This document shows positions 1 to 14,100 of a stretch of 64,000 nucleotides of DNA, piece after piece. Each line of letters opens with the position of its first letter. Position 1 is the first letter of the stretch. Source of the DNA: Amoebophrya sp. A120 (Eukaryota; Protista; Dinoflagellata); contig CAJINV010000011.1 in the NCBI GenBank assembly GCA_905178155.1, forward strand, positions 134,154 to 198,153. Direction: 5' to 3'. A model generated the notes under the pieces. The model did no database searches and was not told where the DNA came from. It saw only the letters and a program-made list of their open reading frames with translations. The position numbers and the translations under genes were made by a program.

Positions 1-2420
1 GGGCAGCAAAGTCCAGAAAAATCTGCGCTGAAATGCGGTCGTTGCGGGTCAGCGCCCTGCTGATGTGACTGATCAGAGTCCGGTCCTGCCTTCTTTCCTT
101 CTCCGAGACCCACTGGTGTATTCGGCAGACCGCGCAAGAGCTTCCGGGACCGAACCCAACAGTCTGCGGCTGCGAAGAGTGTAGTTGCTGCTGAGTGCGA
201 AATATGCATTGCGAAACAAATGTCGCCTTCGCACAAGAACTAGTACCAAGTGCATAGCAGAACGAATAATCGAATTTGTCATGCATAGGAAGAAAAAAAA
301 ACAGGTCTGTCATGCAAGAGCCGCATTTGATTTCGTACGAGTGCGATTGCGAGACTTGTTTTGCACACGATAGTACGAAGCGCGTTCCATTCGCTCGGCT
401 TGATGCCACCAAACGGACCCCATCCGAACGCAGCCGGCTCCTTGCCCACCAGCACAGTATCGGACCACGTCTGTGCGAGCCCGTCGATGATGGAGAAGAG
501 CTGCCATTGGCCGGCGAGAAGGAGGTCGTACAGGGTCAGAGACTTGCTGCGCCACAAGGCGGCGAAAATGACCTCCGTCACGCGCAAGTGGTAGTGCAGG
601 TCGTGAAAATAGACGTCCAGTTCGCGAAACGAGGTCTTGCCCTGAAACCGGTGCACCCCCATTTGCAGCACCGTGCCCGATATGCATAATGCAAATATCC
701 CTGGATCATGTCTGGAGATGATTTGTGACGCTGAACTGTGGATCATGAGGAGGACTCTTCCGAATGCAGCCAATGGCACGACAAGTTCGCAGAACGCTTT
801 CTCAAACGCAATCCGCACTTTTCCATGACAAAAGAATCTACACTTCTTTATGAGACTTCACTGCGGTTTTTTATGACAAAAGAATCTGAGTGACTTCGTT
901 TTGTTGGTCCCCCTGCAACACAGATTTCACAAGAATGGAAGCTCAGCATTACAAGCTCCACCTTTCCAGACCCAGATCGAGATTTGCATTTGGTACCCGA
1001 GGTAGCGGACGCCGCAAACTCACCGAGAATGCAGTGTCGTCGGTCCGACCGCTTCAGCACCTTGCCGGCAACCGACTTGTCTGCTGGTGTTGCAAAGAGC
1101 ACCTGCCGCTTCCAGAGCTTCCAAAAACGTTCCTCTTCGCTGCCGATTACCAGCCCGTGCTCGCAATTTAAGGCCTTCTGGACGAGCTCTTCTCGCCAGC
1201 GGTATTGTATGCCACAGAGAAATACTACTATTACACCATCAATTTGCACTACTACACCGTCAATTTGCTAGAAATAATGAACGGAATTTCTGCTGCTCTT
1301 TCGCTGTTACTAGGATTAGATCAGATATTTTGAGGTGTTCAGCATGACAAAGTTTTATATTATTTTGGTCCTTCGTAATCGTAAAAATCGATGAAGCCCG
1401 TTTGTTGCAAACAGCATTTTCCGTGACAGCAGACCGCGTCTTTGGCTATCTCCGCATCACTACAAAGGCTCTTACCGCACGACTATAGCAACACAAAGCT
1501 ACAAATATGTTTTTTTTCTGGTGCAAATTCTCGTGCAAATGACTTTTCTGTAGGATATATCTGTCGCAGCAAACTGCCGCCATCGATGAGCAGGCGGCGT
1601 AGAAGTCGCTCCGACCGTACAAACGAACCAGAGCATCGTGGTCGAGGCAGCATACCGGCCACTCCAGCGTCGTCGCGTTGTTTTGCCGCTTGTGCGGATA
1701 TCGACTAAAAATATGCCTGAGTGTGAGTGAAGCTTGTAATGCTAAAAGCGAATAAGAATGGTGAGCGCACTGCAATACGCAGCCAGGCATTACAAGACTT
1801 TCCGCTGCTATGTTTTGCGCCTTCCGCATGGCGTGACAAAGTGCGTTTTTGCATGATAGGTAAGAGGGCCGTCTCGGTCGTACCTAGACATCACAGATTG
1901 TCGATTCATATCAGACATGCATGGCGAATGCAACAATCTTCCAGGCCCAGACACATTTGCATTCGATAGCGGAGGTACGAGGCAGGCGTCGCCCGTCGAG
2001 GCGTCGTCCTTCTTGAGCCATTTGGACAGGAAGAGGCATGATTGCTTCACTCCCCCCAGGGATCTATAATGAACGTACCGAAAATTATGGTCACCCCGCA
2101 GAGACCGTGAACTTGCGATAATGCATTTGTGGTTTCATCACTCTGCGTGAAACTTGTTTGAGTTTCGTTTTTCTTTTTGCATAAGAATATCATACAAGAA
2201 ACTCCGTCCCGAAAGATGCAATCACCCCGGGCCTGTCGATGCGATAGTTTTCCAAGGCTGCTCTGGGAATTGTGGCACGGCCAATCCATGTACATCACCA
2301 TGCCGGCCCAATGCCACCAGGTGGACCAAAGCAACAAATAGGACCGGCTGCGCAACAGTAGCTACGAGGACACCCGAGCGCATGGCATGGAGCGAGCAGT
2401 GCCCTGGGTGCAGCTCATGT
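1..2420 (-). CDS. Multi-exon hypothetical protein gene, 3' end runs off the window; exons approx. 1-190, 370-680, 1001-1210, 1365-1480, 1565-1702, 1965-2040 and further upstream
   Basis: GC-rich coding blocks join in frame across direct-repeat-bounded introns, e.g. ...EFAASATSG|TVLQMGVHRFQGK... across 681-1000. No family recognised. The 5' boundary is uncertain. Confidence 0.5.
681..1000 (-). mobile_element. Introner-type non-canonical intron, family A (TGCAAATATGTCTGGGTCTGGAAG ... CTTCCAGACCCAGACATTTGCA)
   Basis: Inverted arms at ~690-716 and ~963-989. Flanking direct repeat GTGCCCGA (673-680) / GTACCCGA (993-1000). Removal joins ORF 848..1249 to ORF 279..818 in frame. Confidence 0.75.
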
Positions 2421-3321
2421 AGAAAGCGTATTCCTGTGGCCTCAAACGAGAAAAATGAAAGGAAAAATTGTTTCTTGATGTTAGAGCTGGATTTATAAAC
2501 TTATTGCAGGACAAGCTGCTCCTTTGTTTAAAATTATGAAAACCAAAATATCAGCTCACTTTTGTACGAAGATGTTTCGGAGACGAGGTAAGGAATAACA
2601 TGAACAATCAATACTGTGGTCCCCCGCGAACAGCAATGCGAGAGTACAATTCCTTTGCGACATCTCAAAATAACGGGCGGGGCGATCTTTAATTGAGTTT
2701 AACACGAGCACGCAACTCCTTGTTGTACAGGCTCTTCCTTAACGGTCATATTCCTCCTGTCCGCGTTCGTCTTGCAATCAGGTAGAAACGGTGTCGTGTG
2801 CGTAATTCCCGTGAAAATTAAAATTTCTTTTGCAGATCAATAAAGCCCTAATTCGTAATACACACGATACTGATTTCCCTTCGCTGTAGTTTGTTTCCTT
2901 TTGCGATTTTTTCGCGCAATGAGTGGCTTCCTTGTGTCGAATTAGTTTACTGCGTTGCCACTTCTATGAGTTTTATGAAGCACCAAAATAATTTGTATTC
3001 TCTTGAGTCTGTTGTTAAGAAGAAAGTGCTGCTTCCTGAGAAAGAAAAAATCAGAATAGAATCTCAAGCGGAAATCCAAGACAAAATGCACATTTTCTGA
3101 AACTGGAAAAGCCGTCTTTTGGGAATCACATCGATGAGCAAATCGACGCATTTCCCTCCGTGGAAATTATTGGCTCAACACTGGTGGAGGTTCCTAAACC
3201 ACCCGCAAAACACGTCTATCCCCTCGCACACATAGCGTTTTTTCGTAACTCGCATAGAACATTTTACATCGATAGGCATATCTGCGAAATTAAGTATCGA
3301 GGAATCAAGGGTTCAAATAGT

Positions 3322-6300
3322 TGGCGACCAAGATCTTCCCGAAATTGGGAAAAAATAGCAAAGCCGCGTGCTATGCTCTTCCTGCAATTGGGAAAAATTA
3401 CAAAAACGGAAGTCCCCGGCCTCCCTCGGGGTCGGGTTAAGGTCTCCGGGCCGGGGCCCAAGCCGGGCGACCAAGATGGATCTTCCCGAAATTGGGAAAA
3501 AATAGCAAAGCCCCATGCTATGCTCTTCCCGAAATTGGGAAAAATTCCATACACAAGCTGCAGGCCCCGGCTTCGGGGTCGGGAGGTCTCGGGGCCGGGG
3601 CCCAAGCCGGGCGACCGGGATCTTCCCGAAATTGGGAAAAAATAGCAAAGCCGCACGCTATGCTCTTCCCGAAATTGGGAAAAATTACAAAAACGGAAGT
3701 CCCCGGCCTCGGCTCGGGGTCGGGAGGAAGGTCTCGGGGCCGGGGCCCAAGAAAGCCTGGCGACCAGGGTAGGTCTTCCCGAAATTGAGAAAGAATAGCA
3801 AAGCCGCGCGCTATGCTCTTCTCGAAATTGGGAAAAATTACAAAAGTTGCAGGCCCCGGCCTCGGGGTCGCGAGGAAGGTCCCGGGGCCGGGGCCCAAGC
3901 CGGGCGACCAAGATCTTCCCGAAATTGGGGAAAAATAGCAAAGCCACATGCTTTGCTCTTCCCGAAATTGGGAAAAATTACAAAAACGGAAGTCCCCGGG
4001 CCCGGCGGGCCTCGGGGTCGGGAGGAAGGTCTCGGGTCCGGGGCCCAAGCCGGGCGACCAAGATCTTCCCGAAATTGGGAAAAAATAGCAAAGCCGCACG
4101 CTATGCTCTTCCCGAAATTGGGAAAAATTACAAAAACTGAAGTCCCCGGGCCCGGCGGGCCTCGGGGTCGGGAGGAAGGTCTCGGGTCCGGGGCCCAAGC
4201 CGGGCGACCAAGATCTTCCCGAAATTGGGAAAAAATAGCAAAGCCGCACGCTATGCTCTTCCCGAAATTGGGAAAAATTACAAAAACGGAAGTCCCCGGG
4301 CCCGGCGGGCCTCGGGGTCGGGAGGAAGGTCTCGGGTCCGGGGCCCAAGCCGGGCGACCAAGATGGTCCTTCCCGAATGAAATTGGGAAAAAATAGCAAA
4401 GCCGCGTGCTATGCTCTTCCCGAAATTGCGAAAATTACAAAAGCTGCAGGCCCCGGCCTCGGGGTCGGGAGGTCTCGGGGCCGGGGCCCAAGCCGGGCGA
4501 CCAAGATCTTCCCGAAATTGGGAAAAAATAGCAAAGCCGCACGCTATGCTCTTCCCGAAATTGGGAAAAATTACAAAAACGGAAGTCCCCGGGCCCGGCG
4601 GGCCTCGGGGTCGGGAGGAAGGTCTCGGGTCCGGGGCCCAAGCCGGGCGACCAAGATGGGCCTTCCCGAATGAAATTGGGAAAAAATAGCAAAGCCGCGT
4701 GCTATGCTCTTCCCGAAATTGCGAAAATTACAAAAGCTGCAGGACCCGGCCTCGGGGTCGGGAGGTCTCGGGGCCGGGGCCCAAGCCGGGCGACCAAGAT
4801 CTTCCCGAAATTGGGAAAAAATAGCAAAGCCGCACGCTATGCTCTTCCCGAAATTGGGAAAAATTACAAAAACGGAAGTCCCCGGGCCCGGCGGGCCTCG
4901 GGGTCGGGAGGAAGGTCTCGGGTCCGGGGCCCAAGCCGGGCGACCAAGATGGGCCTTCCCGAATGAAATTGGGAAAAAATAGCAAAGCCGCGTGCTATGC
5001 TCTTCCCGAAATTGCGAAAATTACAAAAGCTGCAGGCCCCGGCCTCGGGGTCGGGAGGTCTCGGGGCCGGGGCCCAAGCCGGGCGACCAAGATCTTCCCG
5101 AAATTGGGAAAAAATAGCAAAGCCGCACGCTATGCTCTTCCCGAAATTGGGAAAAATTACAAAAACGGAAGTCCCCGGGCCCGGCGGGCCTCGGGGTCGG
5201 GAGGAAGGTCTCGGGTCCGGGGCCCAAGCCGGGCGACCAAGATGGGCCTTCCCGAATGAAATTGGGAAAAAATAGCAAAGCCGCGTGCTATGCTCTTCCC
5301 GAAATTGCGAAAATTACAAAAGCTGCAGGCCCCGGCCTCGGGGTCGGGAGGTCTCGGGGCCGGGGCCCAAGCCGGGCGACCAAGATCTTCCCGAAATTGG
5401 GAAAAAATAGCAAAGCCGCACGCTATGCTCTTCCCGAAATTGGGAAAAATTACAAAAACGGAAGTCCCCGGGCCCGGCGGGCCTCGGGGTCGGGAGGAAG
5501 GTCTCGGGTCCGGGGCCCAAGCCGGGCGACCAAGATGGGCCTTCCCGAATGAAATTGGGAAAAAATAGCAAAGCCGCGTGCTATGCTCTTCCCGAAATTG
5601 CGAAAATTACAAAAGCTGCAGGCCCCGGCCTCGGGGTCGGGAGGTCTCGGGGCCGGGGCCCAAGCCGGGCGACCAAGATCTTCCCGAAATTGGGAAAAAA
5701 TAGCAAAGCCGCACGCTATGCTCTTCCCGAAATTGGGAAAAATTACAAAAACGGAAGTCCCCGGGCCCGGCGGGCCTCGGGGTCGGGAGGAAGGTCTCGG
5801 GTCCGGGGCCCAAGCCGGGCGACCAAGATGGGCCTTCCCGAATGAAATTGGGAAAAAATAGCAAAGCCGCGTGCTATGCTCTTCCCGAAATTGCGAAAAT
5901 TACAAAAGCTGCAGGCCCCGGCCTCGGGGTCGGGAGGTCTCGGGGCCGGGGCCCAAGCCGGGCGACCAAGATCTTCCCGAAATTGGGAAAAAATAGCAAA
6001 GCCGCACGCTATGCTCTTCCCGAAATTGGGAAAAATTACAAAAACGGAAGTCCCCGGGCCCGGCGGGCCTCGGGGTCGGGAGGAAGGTCTCGGGTCCGGG
6101 GCCCAAGCCGGGCGACCAAGATGGGCCTTCCCGAATGAAATTGGGAAAAAATAGCAAAGCCGCGTGCTATGCTCTTCCCGAAATTGCGAAAATTACAAAA
6201 GCTGCAGGCCCCGGCCTCGGGGTCGGGAGGTCTCGGGGCCGGGGCCCAAGCCGGGCGACCAAGATCTTCCCGAAATTGGGAAAAAATAGCAAGACCACAT

Positions 6301-6492
6301 GCTATGCTCTTCCCGAAATTGGGAAAAATTCTAAAAACGGAAGTCCCCGAGCCCGGCCTCGGGGTCGGGAGGAAGGTCTCGGGGCCGGGGCCCAAGCCGG
6401 GCGACCAAGATGGCTCTTCCCGAAATTGGGAACAAATAGCAAAGCCGCGTGCTATGCTCTTCCCGAAATTGGGAAAAATTACAAAAGCTGCA
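3322..6492. repeat. Tandem satellite array: ~150-bp monomers becoming a homogeneous 293-bp dimeric higher-order repeat
   Basis: Near-identical ORFs recur every 293 bp (4377, 4670, 4963, 5256, 5549, 5842, 6135), with 150-bp spacing at 3.9-4.35 kb. Each monomer has two TCTTCCCGAAATTGGGAAAAA motifs and a GC-rich half. Confidence 0.97.
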
Positions 6493-6589
6493 GTTGTTTT
6501 GAATACAGTCGTAATTTTGATACGAGCAAAAAATATTTTCTTCAAATCATGTTAAAGTGCGTGTTTTTGGAGCTGCAATTCACATGCAC

Positions 6590-9345
6590 AAGCATTCCTT
6601 CAAAATACATCTTATCGCCGTCGCCCTTTTTCTCGACCGCCTGGTACCACAGCGACTTCATTGCGAGGAGGTTGTCGTGCTTAGATTGCGACGCCTCTGG
6701 AACTGCGACCATCGCCAGCAGTATAAACCACGACATAAAAACAATTGACTCGACCTTATGAGCAATCACTTTTGGTTCGTAAAATGCGGCTGAAGCGGTC
6801 GCGGGCGCTGGCGGACTTGTAGACGAGGCACTGGCACCATAAAGGCCTGCGACCTCCTCGAGAAAGCTCTGCGTGTACTCGCCCTTGTGCCGCGCGTTGC
6901 TGTCGTAGGGATGCAGGTGGATGTGTTGTAGACTATTCAACAAGTCCTCGTGCGTGGGGAAAAGCCGTTCGAATTCCGCATCGATTGCAGTTCCATCCGG
7001 ACGAGAAATGTGGTGCCTGTGCAGAAAATCAGCAAGCTGGAGGACTTGGTCTGGGTTCACGGCAGTCGCGGCACTTGTTGACCCGAATCCCCAGGAGCGC
7101 CGCAACGCATTGATCACCATCTGTTCGTACTCGTCCCATTGGATCGCCCACCGATCAAAACGAGCTGATTCATATTTGCGCTGCTCCAGCCACAGCGTTC
7201 GTGGGTTTGCACTCCGCGGCGCGGCTTCTGCGTTTCCGCTAACTACCTGTTCAAGTTTTTGTGTGCTCTACAGAAATATCTACAAGAACTGATGCAACTC
7301 TACGGTGAATCTGAACGCAACGTCTGCAATTCTGGCACAGTTCACAGGGACCAAGCTTCCACTCGACTCGACGGGATTTGAGCAGCACAAGCACACGAGG
7401 GAACCAAAGCCTTCCAACTCGTAGAGATTGGTTGAAATAATCGCAGCGAACCTGTGCATCGGAGTCGTTCCTTTCCGGCCGCAAATGCCCGACTGGCGTT
7501 GTGTCTGCGACCCTTCCTCCTGGCTTCTTACCCCGTTTTCCGCCCATTTCTACGCGCAGATCCGTACGAAACCGGTCCTCCCGTGCTCGTTCCGCATCTT
7601 GCAGTTCTCTATGCGACACATGACACTTTCGGACGATTTGTCCGGCCATCCGCTTGTGAACGGTGTTGACAATCCTGACCCTCGCCTCCCTGTCACACTT
7701 TTCATCTAGCTCTTGCGCCAAAGCTGCGCGGGAACCTGTTTTTTGTATTTTGCGTTTTATGCCAATGCCATGAGAAGGCGGTGGGAACCAAAACCCATGA
7801 ACTACACGCGTATACCATGATACCTCCGATGCACTACAGCCTGAGGCTCTGTCAGTAGAAAGCGTGCGGTAGCTGCAAGCAGAAAAACGAAAATCATTTT
7901 TATTTTTGTATAAGTACGATCTCCCCTTTCCCATTTTGCTGCTTTCTTGGCTGTCCTCGGCGCAGATCCCAGCTCGCGACGCGCGGATCGGCTTGATTTT
8001 GGAATCTCTTGGTTTGTAGCATGCCGCGGTGTCGTTTGCGCTGCAGTCTTGGTCTTGCCAGTCCAAGTGATCTCTGCACCATCTTTACCTACGAATTTAA
8101 ATGTTTTACTCTGTCCGTAGGAAAAGGTGAAGAAAGCGAAAATATCTGCAACCACATATAATATCCATTGCATGACACGGTCACGGACAGATTCCAATGA
8201 CGCCTGCTAGCATAATCAAACAGCCCCGCTATCCAAAACACTTAAGTAGAACACCTCCTGGTTCCTGTGCCGGTGCTGCAATGATCCGCTTCTTCGTAGG
8301 GGGGCCAGCGGCAATTTCTTCTTCCTGACCGGTATCCAATTCCGCCTCGTGTTCCATCATGCCAAAGCCGCTTGCTGAGGACGCAGAACTTGCGCTGGCC
8401 GATGAGCGCGCCGGGGTTCTCTCCTTGCCTGCATTCTGTTCCGTTGCGCCACCCGCTGCTTCGAAAGTGGTCGTCGCTTGCGTGGTGGACATTAGGGAAT
8501 CTGAACATTAATTTGACGAGGACTTATCACGCAAACATTCTGCTCCAAGTAAGGCTACTCAACGACATTCACATGCAACACAATGGAAACAATAACAAAC
8601 AGAAGCACGAAGACGAACGTGCCCGAAGCGACAATTATACAAACCAACAAAACTACCGCTCCGACTGCCTTGTGACTTTGGCAAAAAGTCTATACCGAGC
8701 TCCTCCGCGGTCAATGGCCGGAACTCGCGAAACGGCTCGGAGTTGTCTTCCTCCATTCGCTGCTTCTCCTCCTTTGTAAAATAGCGGAACCGAAGGGTCG
8801 TGCCGTTGCCGATTTGCAGCTCCATGCACTCTATGCATTGCAAATATCTTTTTGTTTGGGTCTGGAAGGATGCAGATGTTAATTTTTGTCATGTTGTTAT
8901 TCTTATTTTTCCATTTCGATTTCCACGAGCACGACTCAGAAGGTCTGGCATGCAAGGTCTAGCACTAATGTTTTTGTTGAGAAGGCGCGCCGTAGATGCC
9001 TAATCCGCCTATCAGATTGCCTACCTATATTTCCAGTGACAAAAGCGAGCAGCGTTCGCTGTCTATGCATGAGAGGTTTTGGTGTTCTGTGAAGTGCGCA
9101 TTACAAGTTCCACCTCTCCAGCAGAGGATCCAGATATATTTGCAGTGGGTACAGTCCAGCTCGCAAAGAGCTGGGTCGACTAGAATTTCTTCGACCTCCG
9201 ACAAGAGGGCGGGTGGGAGCGCCGAGACTGCCTCCAGCAGGTCGCTGAGATCCCCCGCGGTCAGCTCCGTCCCTGGCACGAAGCGCACCAGCGAGCTATT
9301 CCACGCGTAAGACCCGAGCGCTTGGGCTGTGAGATTTTGCACCAA
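6590..9345 (-). CDS. Multi-exon hypothetical protein gene(s)
   Basis: ORFs 9025..9345, 8559..8843, 8229..8492 and 6542..7120 contain coding-like blocks. ...DPALCEL|QIGNGTTLRF... is joined across a family A intron with direct repeat GAGCTG. This could be more than one gene. Confidence 0.45.
8822..9162 (-). mobile_element. Introner-type intron, family A
   Basis: Left arm TGCAAATATCTTTTTGTTTGGGTCTGGAAGG at ~8839 and right arm CCAGATATATTTGCA at ~9130. A 6-bp direct repeat CAGCTC (plus strand) lies on both sides. Confidence 0.7.
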
Positions 9346-11114
9346 ATCTATCAGAATCAGTCAGATTTTTCGCATTACATATTCATCAAGTGAGCAGAGC
9401 ACACGCAAATACAAATGTACCTGGTATGCCATACAAGGTACAAGCTGCTTCTCGTGGTGGAGCACATGACGCATTAAATAAACATGACCAACTAGTCCAC
9501 CGACACGCCTAGTAAATTGACACTGGCTGAGAATATACGAAGATGAAGTATTCTAATTCTTGGTAAATTTGATGTCAGATAGAAAGTTGCAAAAGGCACC
9601 TTAGGATGTCATTGGGCTACTAACTTAATCTCAAAGTTCATGCAAAAAAAGTGAAACACCCGTCTTTCGATTTGGTTGTGTCCACAGATGACACGCCCGC
9701 TGAAGAGAAAGAGAACGGTTACTTATCATCTGTACCGTATGGCAACGCCGCTGAGACCTTTTTCGCGTTCAGAAACTTTTTGTCGTCGCCGTCAGTCCTG
9801 TCCCGGACGACAATGCCAATGCTGTCGTGCGGACGGATTTTCTCCTGCTTGATCGTGTCTTTGCCAGCATCTGAATCCGTAGTCTTCGCTGGGGCCCCCG
9901 TCCCAAAAACAAAATGTTTCGAGATCCGACGCATAAGACCTGTTTCCGTCAATCAAGAATCGCAAGAACAAGAAATTTCTGTACTAGAGAGATTGCTCCC
10001 CTGAAATGACCTGCTACTTAATCCTTTCTTGAAATGTTTGGTGTACAAATGCATCGCTATCAAGCAAGCAAAACGTGTGTTGAAACAGATAATCATTTAT
10101 ACAGAAAAATTCCTTGTGCAGCCGTGCATCTGTCGACGTCACTCCAAGATCCAAGCGTAATTTCCAAACACGGTCACCGTGGTTGATTATGAAGGGCACT
10201 TTCTTGTCGAGTCCCGCGCGGACGAGAGACTGTGTGGACTCGACAGAGGATTTTGTGATGGTAGCCTCGCTGATGCTTCTGGGACCCGAACCTGGTTTAT
10301 GCGGTTTTTCCTGGTTTATTGACAACGCAAAACAAGATCTCTGAAGAGGTTTTTTCTGCGGGCGACGGGACGTCACAAAAGAAGTCCTGCATGCTGCCAT
10401 TAGCATCGTCCTAATCATACTACTTTGTGCCAGCGCTGAAACAGTATTCAAATGCGTACTTATCACAGTTAATAAGTACCAGCATCTTTCGGCCCCGGGG
10501 CCGCGGAGTTGGCGACTTGGTCATCAGCCCCGCCACGGCTCGGCATCGACAGCGCAGATCCACCGGCGTCGTGACCACAAGATCGTCCAACGAAAAACTG
10601 TCGCTCAAGCGGGTCTCCAACCTGAATAGTCGTTTTTTTCAGTCGTAGAGGTCTAGTTAGGAGAGAATGCAACTTGAAAATACTGAAAGAAACCGTCGGA
10701 AGGATGAGTAATTTTCGAGAGAGCCACTAGCAATACCGCGAGCAGTTCGACGATGAGGGTCCGGTAAAACGACTGGAAGCTGCTTTCGCTGAACACCACG
10801 TACGAGTTGTATTTTCTTATGAAGAAGTAAAAATATCATGTCCAGGTCCGGTTCTTTTGAAATCACGACTACTTGATGCTCCGTATTAGACGAGCTTCCC
10901 TGTGAAGATCATGAAAAATCTAGTCTACCACCATCCAGCAAAGAAACACAAGGAAGGCGGTTGTAACACTAGATTTAATTTTTTGCAAGAAGGAGTATCA
11001 ACAAACATGCATGCCCAGCGTCTTCTACACACGACTGGCGCCACGATGTCTGTATTAGATTAGAGGATGCAACCCTTCAGTGGATCAAGAGCAGTGACTG
11101 CAGGCCTGGCATCT

Positions 11115-14100
11115 TCACCCCGGGCCCGGTAATGAGTATTTACCGAGGGCACTTTGAATGTTACTCAAAGAGCTGTGAATCGCGCCGTCCACCTGCTCCT
11201 TGTAGATCGTGTCAATGCCGTCACCCGCCAAGTCCAGAAAATTCTGTGCCCAGTGCGTCCAGGTGTTGTAAGTGTTGACCTCGTCCGTGGCTCGCTGCAG
11301 CGCGAGGTCGTCGAAGAGCGGCTGCAGGCGGTGAGCGGCAATCTTGCCAACCGGGGTTGACTGCGTTCGCGTGATGGTCACGGACCGTTGCAACCGTTCC
11401 TGCAGACGCGGTTGCAGTGTTCCACAAAAGTCCAGGCCGTACGGCAGGATTGTCTATCAACTGCAAATATGTCTTGGTCTGGAAGGAAAGTGCCCTTGTT
11501 TGTCATGCATCTTTTGGACCACGGTCACGTAAATGGTCTCTCAGGTAGATGCAAGCATCAAAAGCATTACAAGGTTTTTGCAGGACTCTAGATGCCTCTC
11601 CTTGAGCTGGGCGCCTCAGATGAAAAAAGTCATCTGATTTTCTCTCAATTTTTTGAGATTTTTTTTTTTTGAAAAATTTTGGAAAAAAACGGTCTACTTT
11701 GCATTGGAAACAAAGTTGCTATTCACGTCGTTAGGTGCATTTCTATAGCGGTTTCGCCTTCTCATCTCATTTTTTTGGTCGAAACTGCATGGTATGCTGC
11801 ATCGATGCTATTCCGCATGGTATGGTGGTCATTCGACTTGTCGATCCTCCACCATACCATGCGGAATAGCGATCTAGCTGCTTCCGTCAGTTCCTTTTGG
11901 CCGTCGATAGCGTCGGGTTCGAAACCCGACGCTATACTGCTATCGCGACACACGACGCGACTGTCGTCGTATCGCTCGAAGCAGTATACCATGCGGAAAC
12001 GCATCCTCAAAGTTGTCGACAAAGTACACAGCCCGTGTTGGGCTGTGATAGGGTCTCCGCGGTCGATGACCGATGCAGTCCGCTCGGCCGTTTGGCCGAG
12101 CGGTTAAGGGGCCGAGTTGTTTGTCTCAGTCCCTTTTCACCCTTCGCGAGGTCGGGTTCGAAACCCGGCACTATACTTCTATCGCGACAGACGACTTGGC
12201 TGTCGTCGTGTCGCTCAAAGCAGTTTATCATGCGGAAACGCATGATCAAAAATGTCGACAACGTACACAGCCCGTATTGGGCTGTGATAGGGTCTCCGAG
12301 GTCGATGACCGATGCAGTCCGCTCGGCCGTTTGGCCGAGCGGGTAAGGGGCCGAGTTGTTTGTCTCAGTCCCTTTTCACCCTTTTTGCGATCGCCGGTTC
12401 GATTCTCGGCGACAAGTTTTTTTTCCGCGATGCGATCAGTACTATTTTCGTAGCATAGCGCCCAGGTTTGGATTCTTGTGTGTCGATGAGTAATCACGAC
12501 ACACAACAATCCATACGCGGATGTGCGGCGCAAATAAAATAGTACTGATCAACGTGCAGCTGTTACTCGATTATTTGGCTGCGAACTTTCGCAGCCAAAT
12601 AATACCGTCGACCCTCGTGTATTCGGTTTTGAGATACAGCTGCACACAGCGGAGGACTTTTACAGAGCTGCTACTTCGAAGGCTGAAGAGAAAAACGAAA
12701 AGTCTTTTGTCGATGATCATCGTGCTATGCATTTCGAAATGCATAGCACGACGATCATGTAGTACGGCAAAAGAGCTTATCGATTTTCCTTTCTAACTGT
12801 AGCGGGCTTGTGTATAGTCGGCTATTTTGTAAAAAAGGGAAACGAAACTGCACCTGTTCGCGTTCGCGTGAATAGCAACAAGAACTTTCCTCTGCAGAAT
12901 AGAACCGGGCAAGCAGTCGGCGCGGGTAGAAGAGGCAGCGGTAGGAAAGTGGTAGCGCGACCGGGCGGTGGGAGATACACACAAAACAAAAGCGCTCGCA
13001 GTGTCGCTGCGAGTAACATCTTGCGCCGAGAAGCGGCTGCGAACTGCAACTACATCTGCAATAATTGCAGGCAGTGTTCGGTAATTTTTTTGTCATGCAA
13101 GAAGCGACGTTTTTTTCGAAATACCAAACGAGCTGCTTTTTTGTGTGAGAAGAGAAGGCTGAGAGATTTTTTGGCTGCGCTATCAGGAGGGAAGGGCTGC
13201 GGAAGAGTGCCAGCACGAGAACGGGGAAACGCAAGTATTTTTTTTTGGAAATACAAAATGCATATTCTATTCTCCTACTAGCAGGCAGGTTTTTTTTTTA
13301 AACTAAGCAATACCCACATACCTAAGATAAAATAATTAATTTGCTAGCACGCAATCCCATCTAAGTAAAGCTATATAATAACAACTGCATCCGCATCTAC
13401 TGGCGCGGTCCTGTTCTTCCGCCGTCGTTTGTGTTTCCGCACCAGTTTTTCGGCGTAACAACACGGAGTAGGAAAATGGTGAAGAAGAACCAGGCGCCGA
13501 AGACAAAAAAGCAAGAAGAAGATGCGGCGGCGAAACAGAACGAAAAACAGGAGGAGCACGCGGCCTTTTTCAACTCGCAGTCGTACCTCGCTCCGAGGAA
13601 GTTGTGGAAACTAGCCGCACTGCTGGTCGAGACGTGTTTCGAGTTCAGCCAGACCTACTTCAACGACAGCAGCAGGCTTTCCCTCGTACATTATCGAGTC
13701 GAAATAGATGGCACTACGTGCCAAAACATGCTATTCGAGAATAGCACTCGCGGAAAAATAAAAGTGTTTGCCCACGTCATGATCAGCATGGTGGCAATAA
13801 CTTTTTGCTGTGGCAACATCGACAAAATGGGCTCCGTCTTCCTGCCATCACATACTGTGATGTACCCATCGAGCTACGATTTTGGACCACGACAACAAAA
13901 CCAAAAATCAGCATTCCGGGGGTACAGTGAAGCTTTTGAGGTGGCAGACCAGTTATGGACGTATCACTCGCCGGAAGTTTTTTTCAGTAACTGGTCGCAG
14001 AACACCATCAAAGTATGGTCGCCGGTTACGGACTCCGGCGGTAGTACAATCCCGACATTGTTTTATGTCGGGGGCCTGTTCATGGCGTCCAAGTACTTGT

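Noticed and set aside
3160-6761. Many 85-293-aa ORFs on both strands
   Set aside because: They are by-products of the satellite, identical every 293 bp and open in several frames.
9650-10900. Coding-like fragments on the minus strand
   Set aside because: The frames are short and interrupted with no recognisable motif, and I could not build a supportable gene model.
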